This document shows, one piece after another, positions 29,596-41,048 of a stretch of 41,208 bases of DNA (positions are counted from its first letter, which is position 1; each line of letters begins with the position of its first letter). A program made the translations under genes and the position numbers. The DNA is from Teseptimavirus T7. The DNA lies in the sequence record PP384397; one strand, written 5' to 3'. Under the pieces are notes generated by a model. The model was not told where the DNA came from, did not search any database, and was given only the letters and a program-made list of their open reading frames with translations.

Positions 29596-31839
29596 ATGAG
29601 TAAAATTGAATCTGCCCTTCAAGCGGCACAACCGGGACTCTCTCGGTTACGTGGTGGTGCTGGAGGTATGGGCTATCGTGCAGCAACCACTCAGGCCGAA
29701 CAGCCAAGGTCAAGCCTATTGGACACCATTGGTCGGTTCGCTAAGGCTGGTGCCGATATGTATACCGCTAAGGAACAACGAGCACGAGACCTAGCTGATG
29801 AACGCTCTAACGAGATTATCCGTAAGCTGACCCCTGAGCAACGTCGAGAAGCTCTCAACAACGGGACCCTTCTGTATCAGGATGACCCATACGCTATGGA
29901 AGCACTCCGAGTCAAGACTGGTCGTAACGCTGCGTATCTTGTGGACGATGACGTTATGCAGAAGATAAAAGAGGGTGTCTTCCGTACTCGCGAAGAGATG
30001 GAAGAGTATCGCCATAGTCGCCTTCAAGAGGGCGCTAAGGTATACGCTGAGCAGTTCGGCATCGACCCTGAGGACGTTGATTATCAGCGTGGTTTCAACG
30101 GGGACATTACCGAGCGTAACATCTCGCTGTATGGTGCGCATGATAACTTCTTGAGCCAGCAAGCTCAGAAGGGCGCTATCATGAACAGCCGAGTGGAACT
30201 CAACGGTGTCCTTCAAGACCCTGATATGCTGCGTCGTCCAGACTCTGCTGACTTCTTTGAGAAGTATATCGACAACGGTCTGGTTACTGGCGCAATCCCA
30301 TCTGATGCTCAAGCCACACAGCTTATAAGCCAAGCGTTCAGTGACGCTTCTAGCCGTGCTGGTGGTGCTGACTTCCTGATGCGAGTCGGTGACAAGAAGG
30401 TAACACTTAACGGAGCCACTACGACTTACCGAGAGTTGATTGGTGAGGAACAGTGGAACGCTCTCATGGTCACAGCACAACGTTCTCAGTTTGAGACTGA
30501 CGCGAAGCTGAACGAGCAGTATCGCTTGAAGATTAACTCTGCGCTGAACCAAGAGGACCCAAGGACAGCTTGGGAGATGCTTCAAGGTATCAAGGCTGAA
30601 CTAGATAAGGTCCAACCTGATGAGCAGATGACACCACAACGTGAGTGGCTAATCTCCGCACAGGAACAAGTTCAGAATCAGATGAACGCATGGACGAAAG
30701 CTCAGGCCAAGGCTCTGGACGATTCCATGAAGTCAATGAACAAACTTGACGTAATCGACAAGCAATTCCAGAAGCGAATCAACGGTGAGTGGGTCTCAAC
30801 GGATTTTAAGGATATGCCAGTCAACGAGAACACTGGTGAGTTCAAGCATAGCGATATGGTTAACTACGCCAATAAGAAGCTCGCTGAGATTGACAGTATG
30901 GACATTCCAGACGGTGCCAAGGATGCTATGAAGTTGAAGTACCTTCAAGCGGACTCTAAGGACGGAGCATTCCGTACAGCCATCGGAACCATGGTCACTG
31001 ACGCTGGTCAAGAGTGGTCTGCCGCTGTGATTAACGGTAAGTTACCAGAACGAACCCCAGCTATGGATGCTCTGCGCAGAATCCGCAATGCTGACCCTCA
31101 GTTGATTGCTGCGCTATACCCAGACCAAGCTGAGCTATTCCTGACGATGGACATGATGGACAAGCAGGGTATTGACCCTCAGGTTATTCTTGATGCCGAC
31201 CGACTGACTGTTAAGCGGTCCAAAGAGCAACGCTTTGAGGATGATAAAGCATTCGAGTCTGCACTGAATGCATCTAAGGCTCCTGAGATTGCCCGTATGC
31301 CAGCGTCACTGCGCGAATCTGCACGTAAGATTTATGACTCCGTTAAGTATCGCTCGGGGAACGAAAGCATGGCTATGGAGCAGATGACCAAGTTCCTTAA
31401 GGAATCTACCTACACGTTCACTGGTGATGATGTTGACGGTGATACCGTTGGTGTGATTCCTAAGAATATGATGCAGGTTAACTCTGACCCGAAATCATGG
31501 GAGCAAGGTCGGGATATTCTGGAGGAAGCACGTAAGGGAATCATTGCGAGCAACCCTTGGATAACCAATAAGCAACTGACCATGTATTCTCAAGGTGACT
31601 CCATTTACCTTATGGACACCACAGGTCAAGTCAGAGTCCGATACGACAAAGAGTTACTCTCGAAGGTCTGGAGTGAGAACCAGAAGAAACTCGAAGAGAA
31701 AGCTCGTGAGAAGGCTCTGGCTGATGTGAACAAGCGAGCACCTATAGTTGCCGCTACGAAGGCCCGTGAAGCTGCTGCTAAACGAGTCCGAGAGAAACGT
31801 AAACAGACTCCTAAGTTCATCTACGGACGTAAGGAGTAA
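29596..31839 (+). CDS. 15: Internal core protein gp15
   Basis: ORF track 29596..31839, 747 aa. Confidence 0.95.
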   Translation: MSKIESALQAAQPGLSRLRGGAGGMGYRAATTQAEQPRSSLLDTIGRFAKAGADMYTAKEQRARDLADERSNEIIRKLTPEQRREALNNGTLLYQDDPYAMEALRVKTGRNAAYLVDDDVMQKIKEGVFRTREEMEEYRHSRLQEGAKVYAEQFGIDPEDVDYQRGFNGDITERNISLYGAHDNFLSQQAQKGAIMNSRVELNGVLQDPDMLRRPDSADFFEKYIDNGLVTGAIPSDAQATQLISQAFSDASSRAGGADFLMRVGDKKVTLNGATTTYRELIGEEQWNALMVTAQRSQFETDAKLNEQYRLKINSALNQEDPRTAWEMLQGIKAELDKVQPDEQMTPQREWLISAQEQVQNQMNAWTKAQAKALDDSMKSMNKLDVIDKQFQKRINGEWVSTDFKDMPVNENTGEFKHSDMVNYANKKLAEIDSMDIPDGAKDAMKLKYLQADSKDGAFRTAIGTMVTDAGQEWSAAVINGKLPERTPAMDALRRIRNADPQLIAALYPDQAELFLTMDMMDKQGIDPQVILDADRLTVKRSKEQRFEDDKAFESALNASKAPEIARMPASLRESARKIYDSVKYRSGNESMAMEQMTKFLKESTYTFTGDDVDGDTVGVIPKNMMQVNSDPKSWEQGRDILEEARKGIIASNPWITNKQLTMYSQGDSIYLMDTTGQVRVRYDKELLSKVWSENQKKLEEKAREKALADVNKRAPIVAATKAREAAAKRVREKRKQTPKFIYGRKE

Positions 31840-31865
31840 CTAAAGGCTACATAAGGAGGCCCTAA

Positions 31866-34800
31866 ATGGATAAGTACGATAAGAACGTACCAAGTGATTA
31901 TGATGGTCTGTTCCAAAAGGCTGCTGATGCCAACGGGGTCTCTTATGACCTTTTACGTAAAGTCGCTTGGACAGAATCACGATTTGTGCCTACAGCAAAA
32001 TCTAAGACTGGACCATTAGGCATGATGCAATTTACCAAGGCAACCGCTAAGGCCCTCGGTCTGCGAGTTACCGATGGTCCAGACGACGACCGACTGAACC
32101 CTGAGTTAGCTATTAATGCTGCCGCTAAGCAACTTGCAGGTCTGGTAGGGAAGTTTGATGGCGATGAACTCAAAGCTGCCCTTGCGTACAACCAAGGCGA
32201 GGGACGCTTGGGTAATCCACAACTTGAGGCGTACTCTAAGGGAGACTTCGCATCAATCTCTGAGGAGGGACGTAACTACATGCGTAACCTTCTGGATGTT
32301 GCTAAGTCACCTATGGCTGGACAGTTGGAAACTTTTGGTGGCATAACCCCAAAGGGTAAAGGCATTCCGGCTGAGGTAGGATTGGCTGGAATTGGTCACA
32401 AGCAGAAAGTAACACAGGAACTTCCTGAGTCCACAAGTTTTGACGTTAAGGGTATCGAACAGGAGGCTACGGCGAAACCATTCGCCAAGGACTTTTGGGA
32501 GACCCACGGAGAAACACTTGACGAGTACAACAGTCGTTCAACCTTCTTCGGATTCAAAAATGCTGCCGAAGCTGAACTCTCCAACTCAGTCGCTGGGATG
32601 GCTTTCCGTGCTGGTCGTCTCGATAATGGTTTTGATGTGTTTAAAGACACCATTACGCCGACTCGCTGGAACTCTCACATCTGGACTCCAGAGGAGTTAG
32701 AGAAGATTCGAACAGAGGTTAAGAACCCTGCGTACATCAACGTTGTAACTGGTGGTTCCCCTGAGAACCTCGATGACCTCATTAAATTGGCTAACGAGAA
32801 CTTTGAGAATGACTCCCGCGCTGCCGAGGCTGGCCTAGGTGCCAAACTGAGTGCTGGTATTATTGGTGCTGGTGTGGACCCGCTTAGCTATGTTCCTATG
32901 GTCGGTGTCACTGGTAAGGGCTTTAAGTTAATCAATAAGGCTCTTGTAGTTGGTGCCGAAAGTGCTGCTCTGAACGTTGCATCCGAAGGTCTCCGTACCT
33001 CCGTAGCTGGTGGTGACGCAGACTATGCGGGTGCTGCCTTAGGTGGCTTTGTGTTTGGCGCAGGCATGTCTGCAATCAGTGACGCTGTAGCTGCTGGACT
33101 GAAACGCAGTAAACCAGAAGCTGAGTTCGACAATGAGTTCATCGGTCCTATGATGCGATTGGAAGCCCGTGAGACAGCACGAAACGCCAACTCTGCGGAC
33201 CTCTCTCGGATGAACACTGAGAACATGAAGTTTGAAGGTGAACATAATGGTGTCCCTTATGAGGACTTACCAACAGAGAGAGGTGCCGTGGTGTTACATG
33301 ATGGCTCCGTTCTAAGTGCAAGCAACCCAATCAACCCTAAGACTCTAAAAGAGTTCTCCGAGGTTGACCCTGAGAAGGCTGCGCGAGGAATCAAACTGGC
33401 TGGGTTCACCGAGATTGGCTTGAAGACCTTGGGGTCTGACGATGCTGACATCCGTAGAGTGGCTATCGACCTCGTTCGCTCTCCTACTGGTATGCAGTCT
33501 GGTGCCTCAGGTAAGTTCGGTGCAACAGCTTCTGACATCCATGAGAGACTTCATGGTACTGACCAGCGTACTTATAATGACTTGTACAAAGCAATGTCTG
33601 ACGCTATGAAAGACCCTGAGTTCTCTACTGGCGGCGCTAAGATGTCCCGTGAAGAAACTCGATACACTATCTACCGTAGAGCGGCACTAGCTATTGAGCG
33701 TCCAGAACTACAGAAGGCACTCACTCCGTCTGAGAGAATCGTTATGGACATCATTAAGCGTCACTTTGACACCAAGCGTGAACTTATGGAAAACCCAGCA
33801 ATATTCGGTAACACAAAGGCTGTGAGTATCTTCCCTGAGAGTCGCCACAAAGGTACTTACGTTCCTCACGTATATGACCGTCATGCCAAGGCGCTGATGA
33901 TTCAACGCTACGGTGCCGAAGGTTTGCAGGAAGGGATTGCCCGCTCATGGATGAACAGCTACGTCTCCAGACCTGAGGTCAAGGCCAGAGTCGATGAGAT
34001 GCTTAAGGAATTACACGGGGTGAAGGAAGTAACACCAGAGATGGTAGAGAAGTACGCTATGGATAAGGCTTATGGTATCTCCCACTCAGACCAGTTCACC
34101 AACAGTTCCATAATAGAAGAGAACATTGAGGGCTTAGTAGGTATCGAGAATAACTCATTCCTTGAGGCACGTAACTTGTTTGATTCGGACCTATCCATCA
34201 CTATGCCAGACGGACAGCAATTCTCAGTGAATGACCTAAGGGACTTCGATATGTTCCGCATCATGCCAGCGTATGACCGCCGTGTCAATGGTGACATCGC
34301 CATCATGGGGTCTACTGGTAAAACCACTAAGGAACTTAAGGATGAGATTTTGGCTCTCAAAGCGAAAGCTGAGGGAGACGGTAAGAAGACTGGCGAGGTA
34401 CATGCTTTAATGGATACCGTTAAGATTCTTACTGGTCGTGCTAGACGCAATCAGGACACTGTGTGGGAAACCTCACTGCGTGCCATCAATGACCTAGGGT
34501 TCTTCGCTAAGAACGCCTACATGGGTGCTCAGAACATTACGGAGATTGCTGGGATGATTGTCACTGGTAACGTTCGTGCTCTAGGGCATGGTATCCCAAT
34601 TCTGCGTGATACACTCTACAAGTCTAAACCAGTTTCAGCTAAGGAACTCAAGGAACTCCATGCGTCTCTGTTCGGGAAGGAGGTGGACCAGTTGATTCGG
34701 CCTAAACGTGCTGACATTGTGCAGCGCCTAAGGGAAGCAACTGATACCGGACCTGCCGTGGCGAACATCGTAGGGACCTTGAAGTATTCAACACAGGAAC

Positions 34801-35822
34801 TGGCTGCTCGCTCTCCGTGGACTAAGCTACTGAACGGAACCACTAACTACCTTCTGGATGCTGCGCGTCAAGGTATGCTTGGGGATGTTATTAGTGCCAC
34901 CCTAACAGGTAAGACTACCCGCTGGGAGAAAGAAGGCTTCCTTCGTGGTGCCTCCGTAACTCCTGAGCAGATGGCTGGCATCAAGTCTCTCATCAAGGAA
35001 CATATGGTACGCGGTGAGGACGGGAAGTTTACCGTTAAGGACAAGCAAGCGTTCTCTATGGACCCACGGGCTATGGACTTATGGAGACTGGCTGACAAGG
35101 TAGCTGATGAGGCAATGCTGCGTCCACATAAGGTGTCCTTACAGGATTCCCATGCGTTCGGAGCACTAGGTAAGATGGTTATGCAGTTTAAGTCTTTCAC
35201 TATCAAGTCCCTTAACTCTAAGTTCCTGCGAACCTTCTATGATGGATACAAGAACAACCGAGCGATTGACGCTGCGCTGAGCATCATCACCTCTATGGGT
35301 CTCGCTGGTGGTTTCTATGCTATGGCTGCACACGTCAAAGCATACGCTCTGCCTAAGGAGAAACGTAAGGAGTACTTGGAGCGTGCACTGGACCCAACCA
35401 TGATTGCCCACGCTGCGTTATCTCGTAGTTCTCAATTGGGTGCTCCTTTGGCTATGGTTGACCTAGTTGGTGGTGTTTTAGGGTTCGAGTCCTCCAAGAT
35501 GGCTCGCTCTACGATTCTACCTAAGGACACCGTGAAGGAACGTGACCCAAACAAACCGTACACCTCTAGAGAGGTAATGGGCGCTATGGGTTCAAACCTT
35601 CTGGAACAGATGCCTTCGGCTGGCTTTGTGGCTAACGTAGGGGCTACCTTAATGAATGCTGCTGGCGTGGTCAACTCACCTAATAAAGCAACCGAGCAGG
35701 ACTTCATGACTGGTCTTATGAACTCCACAAAAGAGTTAGTACCGAACGACCCATTGACTCAACAGCTTGTGTTGAAGATTTATGAGGCGAACGGTGTTAA
35801 CTTGAGGGAGCGTAGGAAATAA
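31866..35822 (+). CDS. 16: Internal core protein gp16 (N-terminal lytic transglycosylase-like region)
   Basis: ORF track 31866..35822, 1318 aa. Confidence 0.95.
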   Translation: MDKYDKNVPSDYDGLFQKAADANGVSYDLLRKVAWTESRFVPTAKSKTGPLGMMQFTKATAKALGLRVTDGPDDDRLNPELAINAAAKQLAGLVGKFDGDELKAALAYNQGEGRLGNPQLEAYSKGDFASISEEGRNYMRNLLDVAKSPMAGQLETFGGITPKGKGIPAEVGLAGIGHKQKVTQELPESTSFDVKGIEQEATAKPFAKDFWETHGETLDEYNSRSTFFGFKNAAEAELSNSVAGMAFRAGRLDNGFDVFKDTITPTRWNSHIWTPEELEKIRTEVKNPAYINVVTGGSPENLDDLIKLANENFENDSRAAEAGLGAKLSAGIIGAGVDPLSYVPMVGVTGKGFKLINKALVVGAESAALNVASEGLRTSVAGGDADYAGAALGGFVFGAGMSAISDAVAAGLKRSKPEAEFDNEFIGPMMRLEARETARNANSADLSRMNTENMKFEGEHNGVPYEDLPTERGAVVLHDGSVLSASNPINPKTLKEFSEVDPEKAARGIKLAGFTEIGLKTLGSDDADIRRVAIDLVRSPTGMQSGASGKFGATASDIHERLHGTDQRTYNDLYKAMSDAMKDPEFSTGGAKMSREETRYTIYRRAALAIERPELQKALTPSERIVMDIIKRHFDTKRELMENPAIFGNTKAVSIFPESRHKGTYVPHVYDRHAKALMIQRYGAEGLQEGIARSWMNSYVSRPEVKARVDEMLKELHGVKEVTPEMVEKYAMDKAYGISHSDQFTNSSIIEENIEGLVGIENNSFLEARNLFDSDLSITMPDGQQFSVNDLRDFDMFRIMPAYDRRVNGDIAIMGSTGKTTKELKDEILALKAKAEGDGKKTGEVHALMDTVKILTGRARRNQDTVWETSLRAINDLGFFAKNAYMGAQNITEIAGMIVTGNVRALGHGIPILRDTLYKSKPVSAKELKELHASLFGKEVDQLIRPKRADIVQRLREATDTGPAVANIVGTLKYSTQELAARSPWTKLLNGTTNYLLDAARQGMLGDVISATLTGKTTRWEKEGFLRGASVTPEQMAGIKSLIKEHMVRGEDGKFTVKDKQAFSMDPRAMDLWRLADKVADEAMLRPHKVSLQDSHAFGALGKMVMQFKSFTIKSLNSKFLRTFYDGYKNNRAIDAALSIITSMGLAGGFYAMAAHVKAYALPKEKRKEYLERALDPTMIAHAALSRSSQLGAPLAMVDLVGGVLGFESSKMARSTILPKDTVKERDPNKPYTSREVMGAMGSNLLEQMPSAGFVANVGATLMNAAGVVNSPNKATEQDFMTGLMNSTKELVPNDPLTQQLVLKIYEANGVNLRERRK

Positions 35823-35842
35823 TACGACTCACTATAGGGAGA
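35820..35842 (+). promoter_or_regulatory. T7 RNAP class III promoter phi17
   Basis: taatacgactcactatagggaga overlapping the gene 16 stop. Confidence 0.93.
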
Positions 35843-35894
35843 GGCGAAATAATCTTCTCCCTGTAGTCTCTTAGATTTACTTTAAGGAGGTCAA

Positions 35895-37556
35895 ATGGCT
35901 AACGTAATTAAAACCGTTTTGACTTACCAGTTAGATGGCTCCAATCGTGATTTTAATATCCCGTTTGAGTATCTAGCCCGTAAGTTCGTAGTGGTAACTC
36001 TTATTGGTGTAGACCGAAAGGTCCTTACGATTAATACAGACTATCGCTTTGCTACACGTACTACTATCTCTCTGACAAAGGCTTGGGGTCCAGCCGATGG
36101 CTACACGACCATCGAGTTACGTCGAGTAACCTCCACTACCGACCGATTGGTTGACTTTACGGATGGTTCAATCCTCCGCGCGTATGACCTTAACGTCGCT
36201 CAGATTCAAACGATGCACGTAGCGGAAGAGGCCCGTGACCTCACTACGGATACTATCGGTGTCAATAACGATGGTCACTTGGATGCTCGTGGTCGTCGAA
36301 TTGTGAACCTAGCGAACGCCGTGGATGACCGCGATGCTGTTCCGTTTGGTCAACTAAAGACCATGAACCAGAACTCATGGCAAGCACGTAATGAAGCCTT
36401 ACAGTTCCGTAATGAGGCTGAGACTTTCAGAAACCAAGCGGAGGGCTTTAAGAACGAGTCCAGTACCAACGCTACGAACACAAAGCAGTGGCGCGATGAG
36501 ACCAAGGGTTTCCGAGACGAAGCCAAGCGGTTCAAGAATACGGCTGGTCAATACGCTACATCTGCTGGGAACTCTGCTTCCGCTGCGCATCAATCTGAGG
36601 TAAACGCTGAGAACTCTGCCACAGCATCCGCTAACTCTGCTCATTTGGCAGAACAGCAAGCAGACCGTGCGGAACGTGAGGCAGACAAGCTGGAAAATTA
36701 CAATGGATTGGCTGGTGCAATTGATAAGGTAGATGGAACCAATGTGTACTGGAAAGGAAATATTCACGCTAACGGGCGCCTTTACATGACCACAAACGGT
36801 TTTGACTGTGGCCAGTATCAACAGTTCTTTGGTGGTGTCACTAATCGTTACTCTGTCATGGAGTGGGGAGATGAGAACGGATGGCTGATGTATGTTCAAC
36901 GTAGAGAGTGGACAACAGCGATAGGCGGTAACATCCAGTTAGTAGTAAACGGACAGATCATCACCCAAGGTGGAGCCATGACCGGTCAGCTAAAATTGCA
37001 GAATGGGCATGTTCTTCAATTAGAGTCCGCATCCGACAAGGCGCACTATATTCTATCTAAAGATGGTAACAGGAATAACTGGTACATTGGTAGAGGGTCA
37101 GATAACAACAATGACTGTACCTTCCACTCCTATGTACATGGTACGACCTTAACACTCAAGCAGGACTATGCAGTAGTTAACAAACACTTCCACGTAGGTC
37201 AGGCCGTTGTGGCCACTGATGGTAATATTCAAGGTACTAAGTGGGGAGGTAAATGGCTGGATGCTTACCTACGTGACAGCTTCGTTGCGAAGTCCAAGGC
37301 GTGGACTCAGGTGTGGTCTGGTAGTGCTGGCGGTGGGGTAAGTGTGACTGTTTCACAGGATCTCCGCTTCCGCAATATCTGGATTAAGTGTGCCAACAAC
37401 TCTTGGAACTTCTTCCGTACTGGCCCCGATGGAATCTACTTCATAGCCTCTGATGGTGGATGGTTACGATTCCAAATACACTCCAACGGTCTCGGATTCA
37501 AGAATATTGCAGACAGTCGTTCAGTACCTAATGCAATCATGGTGGAGAACGAGTAA
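35895..37556 (+). CDS. 17: Tail fiber protein (gene 17)
   Basis: ORF track 35895..37556, 553 aa. Confidence 0.95.
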   Translation: MANVIKTVLTYQLDGSNRDFNIPFEYLARKFVVVTLIGVDRKVLTINTDYRFATRTTISLTKAWGPADGYTTIELRRVTSTTDRLVDFTDGSILRAYDLNVAQIQTMHVAEEARDLTTDTIGVNNDGHLDARGRRIVNLANAVDDRDAVPFGQLKTMNQNSWQARNEALQFRNEAETFRNQAEGFKNESSTNATNTKQWRDETKGFRDEAKRFKNTAGQYATSAGNSASAAHQSEVNAENSATASANSAHLAEQQADRAEREADKLENYNGLAGAIDKVDGTNVYWKGNIHANGRLYMTTNGFDCGQYQQFFGGVTNRYSVMEWGDENGWLMYVQRREWTTAIGGNIQLVVNGQIITQGGAMTGQLKLQNGHVLQLESASDKAHYILSKDGNRNNWYIGRGSDNNNDCTFHSYVHGTTLTLKQDYAVVNKHFHVGQAVVATDGNIQGTKWGGKWLDAYLRDSFVAKSKAWTQVWSGSAGGGVSVTVSQDLRFRNIWIKCANNSWNFFRTGPDGIYFIASDGGWLRFQIHSNGLGFKNIADSRSVPNAIMVENE

Positions 37557-37614
37557 TTGGTAAATCACAAGGAAAGACGTGTAGTCCACGGATGGACTCT
37601 CAAGGAGGTACAAG

Positions 37615-37818
37615 GTGCTATCATTAGACTTTAACAACGAATTGATTAAGGCTGCTCCAATTGTTGGGACGGGTGTAGCAGATGTTAGTGCTCGACTGTT
37701 CTTTGGGTTAAGCCTTAACGAATGGTTCTACGTTGCTGCTATCGCCTACACAGTGGTTCAGATTGGTGCCAAGGTAGTCGATAAGATGATTGACTGGAAG
37801 AAAGCCAATAAGGAGTGA
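37615..37818 (+). CDS. 17.5: Holin (gene 17.5)
   Basis: ORF track 37615..37818 (GTG start), 67 aa with hydrophobic segment and charged C-terminus. Confidence 0.85.
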   Translation: MLSLDFNNELIKAAPIVGTGVADVSARLFFGLSLNEWFYVAAIAYTVVQIGAKVVDKMIDWKKANKE

Positions 37819-37823
37819 TATGT

Positions 37824-38093
37824 ATGGAAAAGGATAAGAGCCTTATTACATTCTTAGAGATGTTGGACACTGCGATGGCTCAGCGTATGCTTGCGGACCT
37901 TTCGGACCATGAGCGTCGCTCTCCGCAACTCTATAATGCTATTAACAAACTGTTAGACCGCCACAAGTTCCAGATTGGTAAGTTGCAGCCGGATGTTCAC
38001 ATCTTAGGTGGCCTTGCTGGTGCTCTTGAAGAGTACAAAGAGAAAGTCGGTGATAACGGTCTTACGGATGATGATATTTACACATTACAGTGA
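37824..38093 (+). CDS. 18: Terminase small subunit (gene 18)
   Basis: Internal ATG at 37824 of ORF 37815..38093, 89 aa. Confidence 0.9.
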   Translation: MEKDKSLITFLEMLDTAMAQRMLADLSDHERRSPQLYNAINKLLDRHKFQIGKLQPDVHILGGLAGALEEYKEKVGDNGLTDDDIYTLQ

Positions 38094-38095
38094 TA

Positions 38096-38132
38096 TACTC
38101 AAGGCCACTACAGATAGTGGTCTTTATGGATG
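38096..38132 (+). promoter_or_regulatory. RNase III processing hairpin R18.5
   Basis: actcaaggccactacagatagtggtctttatgga hairpin motif. Confidence 0.55.
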
Positions 38133-38187
38133 TCATTGTCTATACGAGATGCTCCTACGTGAAATCTGAAAGTTAACGGGAGGCATT

Positions 38188-38619
38188 ATGCTAGAATTTT
38201 TACGTAAGCTAATCCCTTGGGTTCTCGCTGGGATGCTATTCGGGTTAGGATGGCATCTAGGGTCAGACTCAATGGACGCTAAATGGAAACAGGAGGTACA
38301 CAATGAGTACGTTAAGAGAGTTGAGGCTGCGAAGAGCACTCAAAGAGCAATCGATGCGGTATCTGCTAAGTATCAAGAAGACCTTGCCGCGCTGGAAGGG
38401 AGCACTGATAGGATTATTTCTGATTTGCGTAGCGACAATAAGCGGTTGCGCGTCAGAGTCAAAACTACCGGAACCTCCGATGGTCAGTGTGGATTCGAGC
38501 CTGATGGTCGAGCCGAACTTGACGACCGAGATGCTAAACGTATTCTCGCAGTGACCCAGAAGGGTGACGCATGGATTCGTGCGTTACAGGATACTATTCG
38601 TGAACTGCAACGTAAGTAG
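38188..38619 (+). CDS. 18.5: Inner-membrane spanin, Rz-like (gene 18.5)
   Basis: ORF track 38188..38619, 143 aa with N-terminal hydrophobic segment. Confidence 0.9.
   Translation: MLEFLRKLIPWVLAGMLFGLGWHLGSDSMDAKWKQEVHNEYVKRVEAAKSTQRAIDAVSAKYQEDLAALEGSTDRIISDLRSDNKRLRVRVKTTGTSDGQCGFEPDGRAELDDRDAKRILAVTQKGDAWIRALQDTIRELQRK
38303..38554 (+). CDS. 18.7: Outer-membrane spanin, Rz1-like (gene 18.7), embedded in 18.5 in another frame
   Basis: ORF track 38303..38554, 83 aa; lipobox-like ...ATISGCASESKLPEPP, proline-rich. Confidence 0.8.
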   Translation: MSTLRELRLRRALKEQSMRYLLSIKKTLPRWKGALIGLFLICVATISGCASESKLPEPPMVSVDSSLMVEPNLTTEMLNVFSQ

Positions 38620-38640
38620 GAAATCAAGTAAGGAGGCAAT

Positions 38641-40401
38641 GTGTCTACTCAATCCAATCGTAATGCGCTCGTAGTGGCGCAACTGAAAGGAGACTTCGTG
38701 GCGTTCCTATTCGTCTTATGGAAGGCGCTAAACCTACCGGTGCCCACTAAGTGTCAGATTGACATGGCTAAGGTGCTGGCGAATGGAGACAACAAGAAGT
38801 TCATCTTACAGGCTTTCCGTGGTATCGGTAAGTCGTTCATCACATGTGCGTTCGTTGTGTGGTCCTTATGGAGAGACCCTCAGTTGAAGATACTTATCGT
38901 ATCAGCCTCTAAGGAGCGTGCAGACGCTAACTCCATCTTTATTAAGAACATCATTGACCTGCTGCCATTCCTATCTGAGTTAAAGCCAAGACCCGGACAG
39001 CGTGACTCGGTAATCAGCTTTGATGTAGGCCCAGCCAATCCTGACCACTCTCCTAGTGTGAAATCAGTAGGTATCACTGGTCAGTTAACTGGTAGCCGTG
39101 CTGACATTATCATTGCGGATGACGTTGAGATTCCGTCTAACAGCGCAACTATGGGTGCCCGTGAGAAGCTATGGACTCTGGTTCAGGAGTTCGCTGCGTT
39201 ACTTAAACCGCTGCCTTCCTCTCGCGTTATCTACCTTGGTACACCTCAGACAGAGATGACTCTCTATAAGGAACTTGAGGATAACCGTGGGTACACAACC
39301 ATTATCTGGCCTGCTCTGTACCCAAGGACACGTGAAGAGAACCTCTATTACTCACAGCGTCTTGCTCCTATGTTACGCGCTGAGTACGATGAGAACCCTG
39401 AGGCACTTGCTGGGACTCCAACAGACCCAGTGCGCTTTGACCGTGATGACCTGCGCGAGCGTGAGTTGGAATACGGTAAGGCTGGCTTTACGCTACAGTT
39501 CATGCTTAACCCTAACCTTAGTGATGCCGAGAAGTACCCGCTGAGGCTTCGTGACGCTATCGTAGCGGCCTTAGACTTAGAGAAGGCCCCAATGCATTAC
39601 CAGTGGCTTCCGAACCGTCAGAACATCATTGAGGACCTTCCTAACGTTGGCCTTAAGGGTGATGACCTGCATACGTACCACGATTGTTCCAACAACTCAG
39701 GTCAGTACCAACAGAAGATTCTGGTCATTGACCCTAGTGGTCGCGGTAAGGACGAAACAGGTTACGCTGTGCTGTACACACTGAACGGTTACATCTACCT
39801 TATGGAAGCTGGAGGTTTCCGTGATGGCTACTCCGATAAGACCCTTGAGTTACTCGCTAAGAAGGCAAAGCAATGGGGAGTCCAGACGGTTGTCTACGAG
39901 AGTAACTTCGGTGACGGTATGTTCGGTAAGGTATTCAGTCCTATCCTTCTTAAACACCACAACTGTGCGATGGAAGAGATTCGTGCCCGTGGTATGAAAG
40001 AGATGCGTATTTGCGATACCCTTGAGCCAGTCATGCAGACTCACCGCCTTGTAATTCGTGATGAGGTCATTAGGGCCGACTACCAGTCCGCTCGTGACGT
40101 AGACGGTAAGCATGACGTTAAGTACTCGTTGTTCTACCAGATGACCCGTATCACTCGTGAGAAAGGCGCTCTGGCTCATGATGACCGATTGGATGCCCTT
40201 GCGTTAGGCATTGAGTATCTCCGTGAGTCCATGCAGTTGGATTCCGTTAAGGTCGAGGGTGAAGTACTTGCTGACTTCCTTGAGGAACACATGATGCGTC
40301 CTACGGTTGCTGCTACGCATATCATTGAGATGTCTGTGGGAGGAGTTGATGTGTACTCTGAGGACGATGAGGGTTACGGTACGTCTTTCATTGAGTGGTG
40401 A
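38641..40401 (+). CDS. 19: Terminase large subunit (gene 19)
   Basis: ORF track 38641..40401 (GTG start), 586 aa. Confidence 0.95.
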
Positions 40402-40482
40402 TTTATGCATTAGGACTGCATAGGGATGCACTATAGACCACGGATGGTCAGTTCTTTAAGTTACTGAAAAGACACGATAAAT

Positions 40483-40505
40483 TAATACGACTCACTATAG
40501 GGAGA
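40483..40505 (+). promoter_or_regulatory. T7 RNAP promoter phiOR (right-end)
   Basis: taatacgactcactatagggaga. Confidence 0.9.
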
Positions 40506-40659
40506 GGAGGGACGAAAGGTTACTATATAGATACTGAATGAATACTTATAGAGTGCATAAAGTATGCATAATGGTGTACCTAGAGTGACCTCTAAGAATG
40601 GTGATTATATTGTATTAGTATCACCTTAACTTAAGGACCAACATAAAGGGAGGAGACTC

Positions 40660-40809
40660 ATGTTCCGCTTATTGTTGAACCTACTGCGGCATAGAGTCAC
40701 CTACCGATTTCTTGTGGTACTTTGTGCTGCCCTTGGGTACGCATCTCTTACTGGAGACCTCAGTTCACTGGAGTCTGTCGTTTGCTCTATACTCACTTGT
40801 AGCGATTAG
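40660..40809 (+). CDS. 19.5: gene 19.5 small protein (49 aa)
   Basis: ATG 40660 after gggaggag RBS to TAG 40807..40809 (MFRLLLNLLRHRVTYRFLVVLCAALGYASL...); below ORF-track cutoff. Confidence 0.7.
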   Translation: MFRLLLNLLRHRVTYRFLVVLCAALGYASLTGDLSSLESVVCSILTCSD

Positions 40810-40869
40810 GGTCTTCCTGACCGACTGATGGCTCACCGAGGGATTCAGCGGTATGATTGCATCACACCA

Positions 40870-41040
40870 CTTCATCCCTATAGAGTCAAGTCCTAAGGTA
40901 TACCCATAAAGAGCCTCTAATGGTCTATCCTAAGGTCTATACCTAAAGATAGGCCATCCTATCAGTGTCACCTAAAGAGGGTCTTAGAGAGGGCCTATGG
41001 AGTTCCTATAGGGTCCTTTAAAATATACCATAAAAATCTG
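40870..41040 (+). repeat. Right-end array of short imperfect repeats (cctaaag-type units)
   Basis: Repeated cctaag / cctaaag units analogous to the left-end array. Confidence 0.6.
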
Positions 41041-41048
41041 AGTGACTA

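Noticed and set aside
29791-30585. 264-aa minus-strand ORF inside gene 15, and similar antisense ORFs in genes 5, 12 and 16
   Set aside because: Same reasoning: antisense to essential structural genes, no expression signals, chance ORFs
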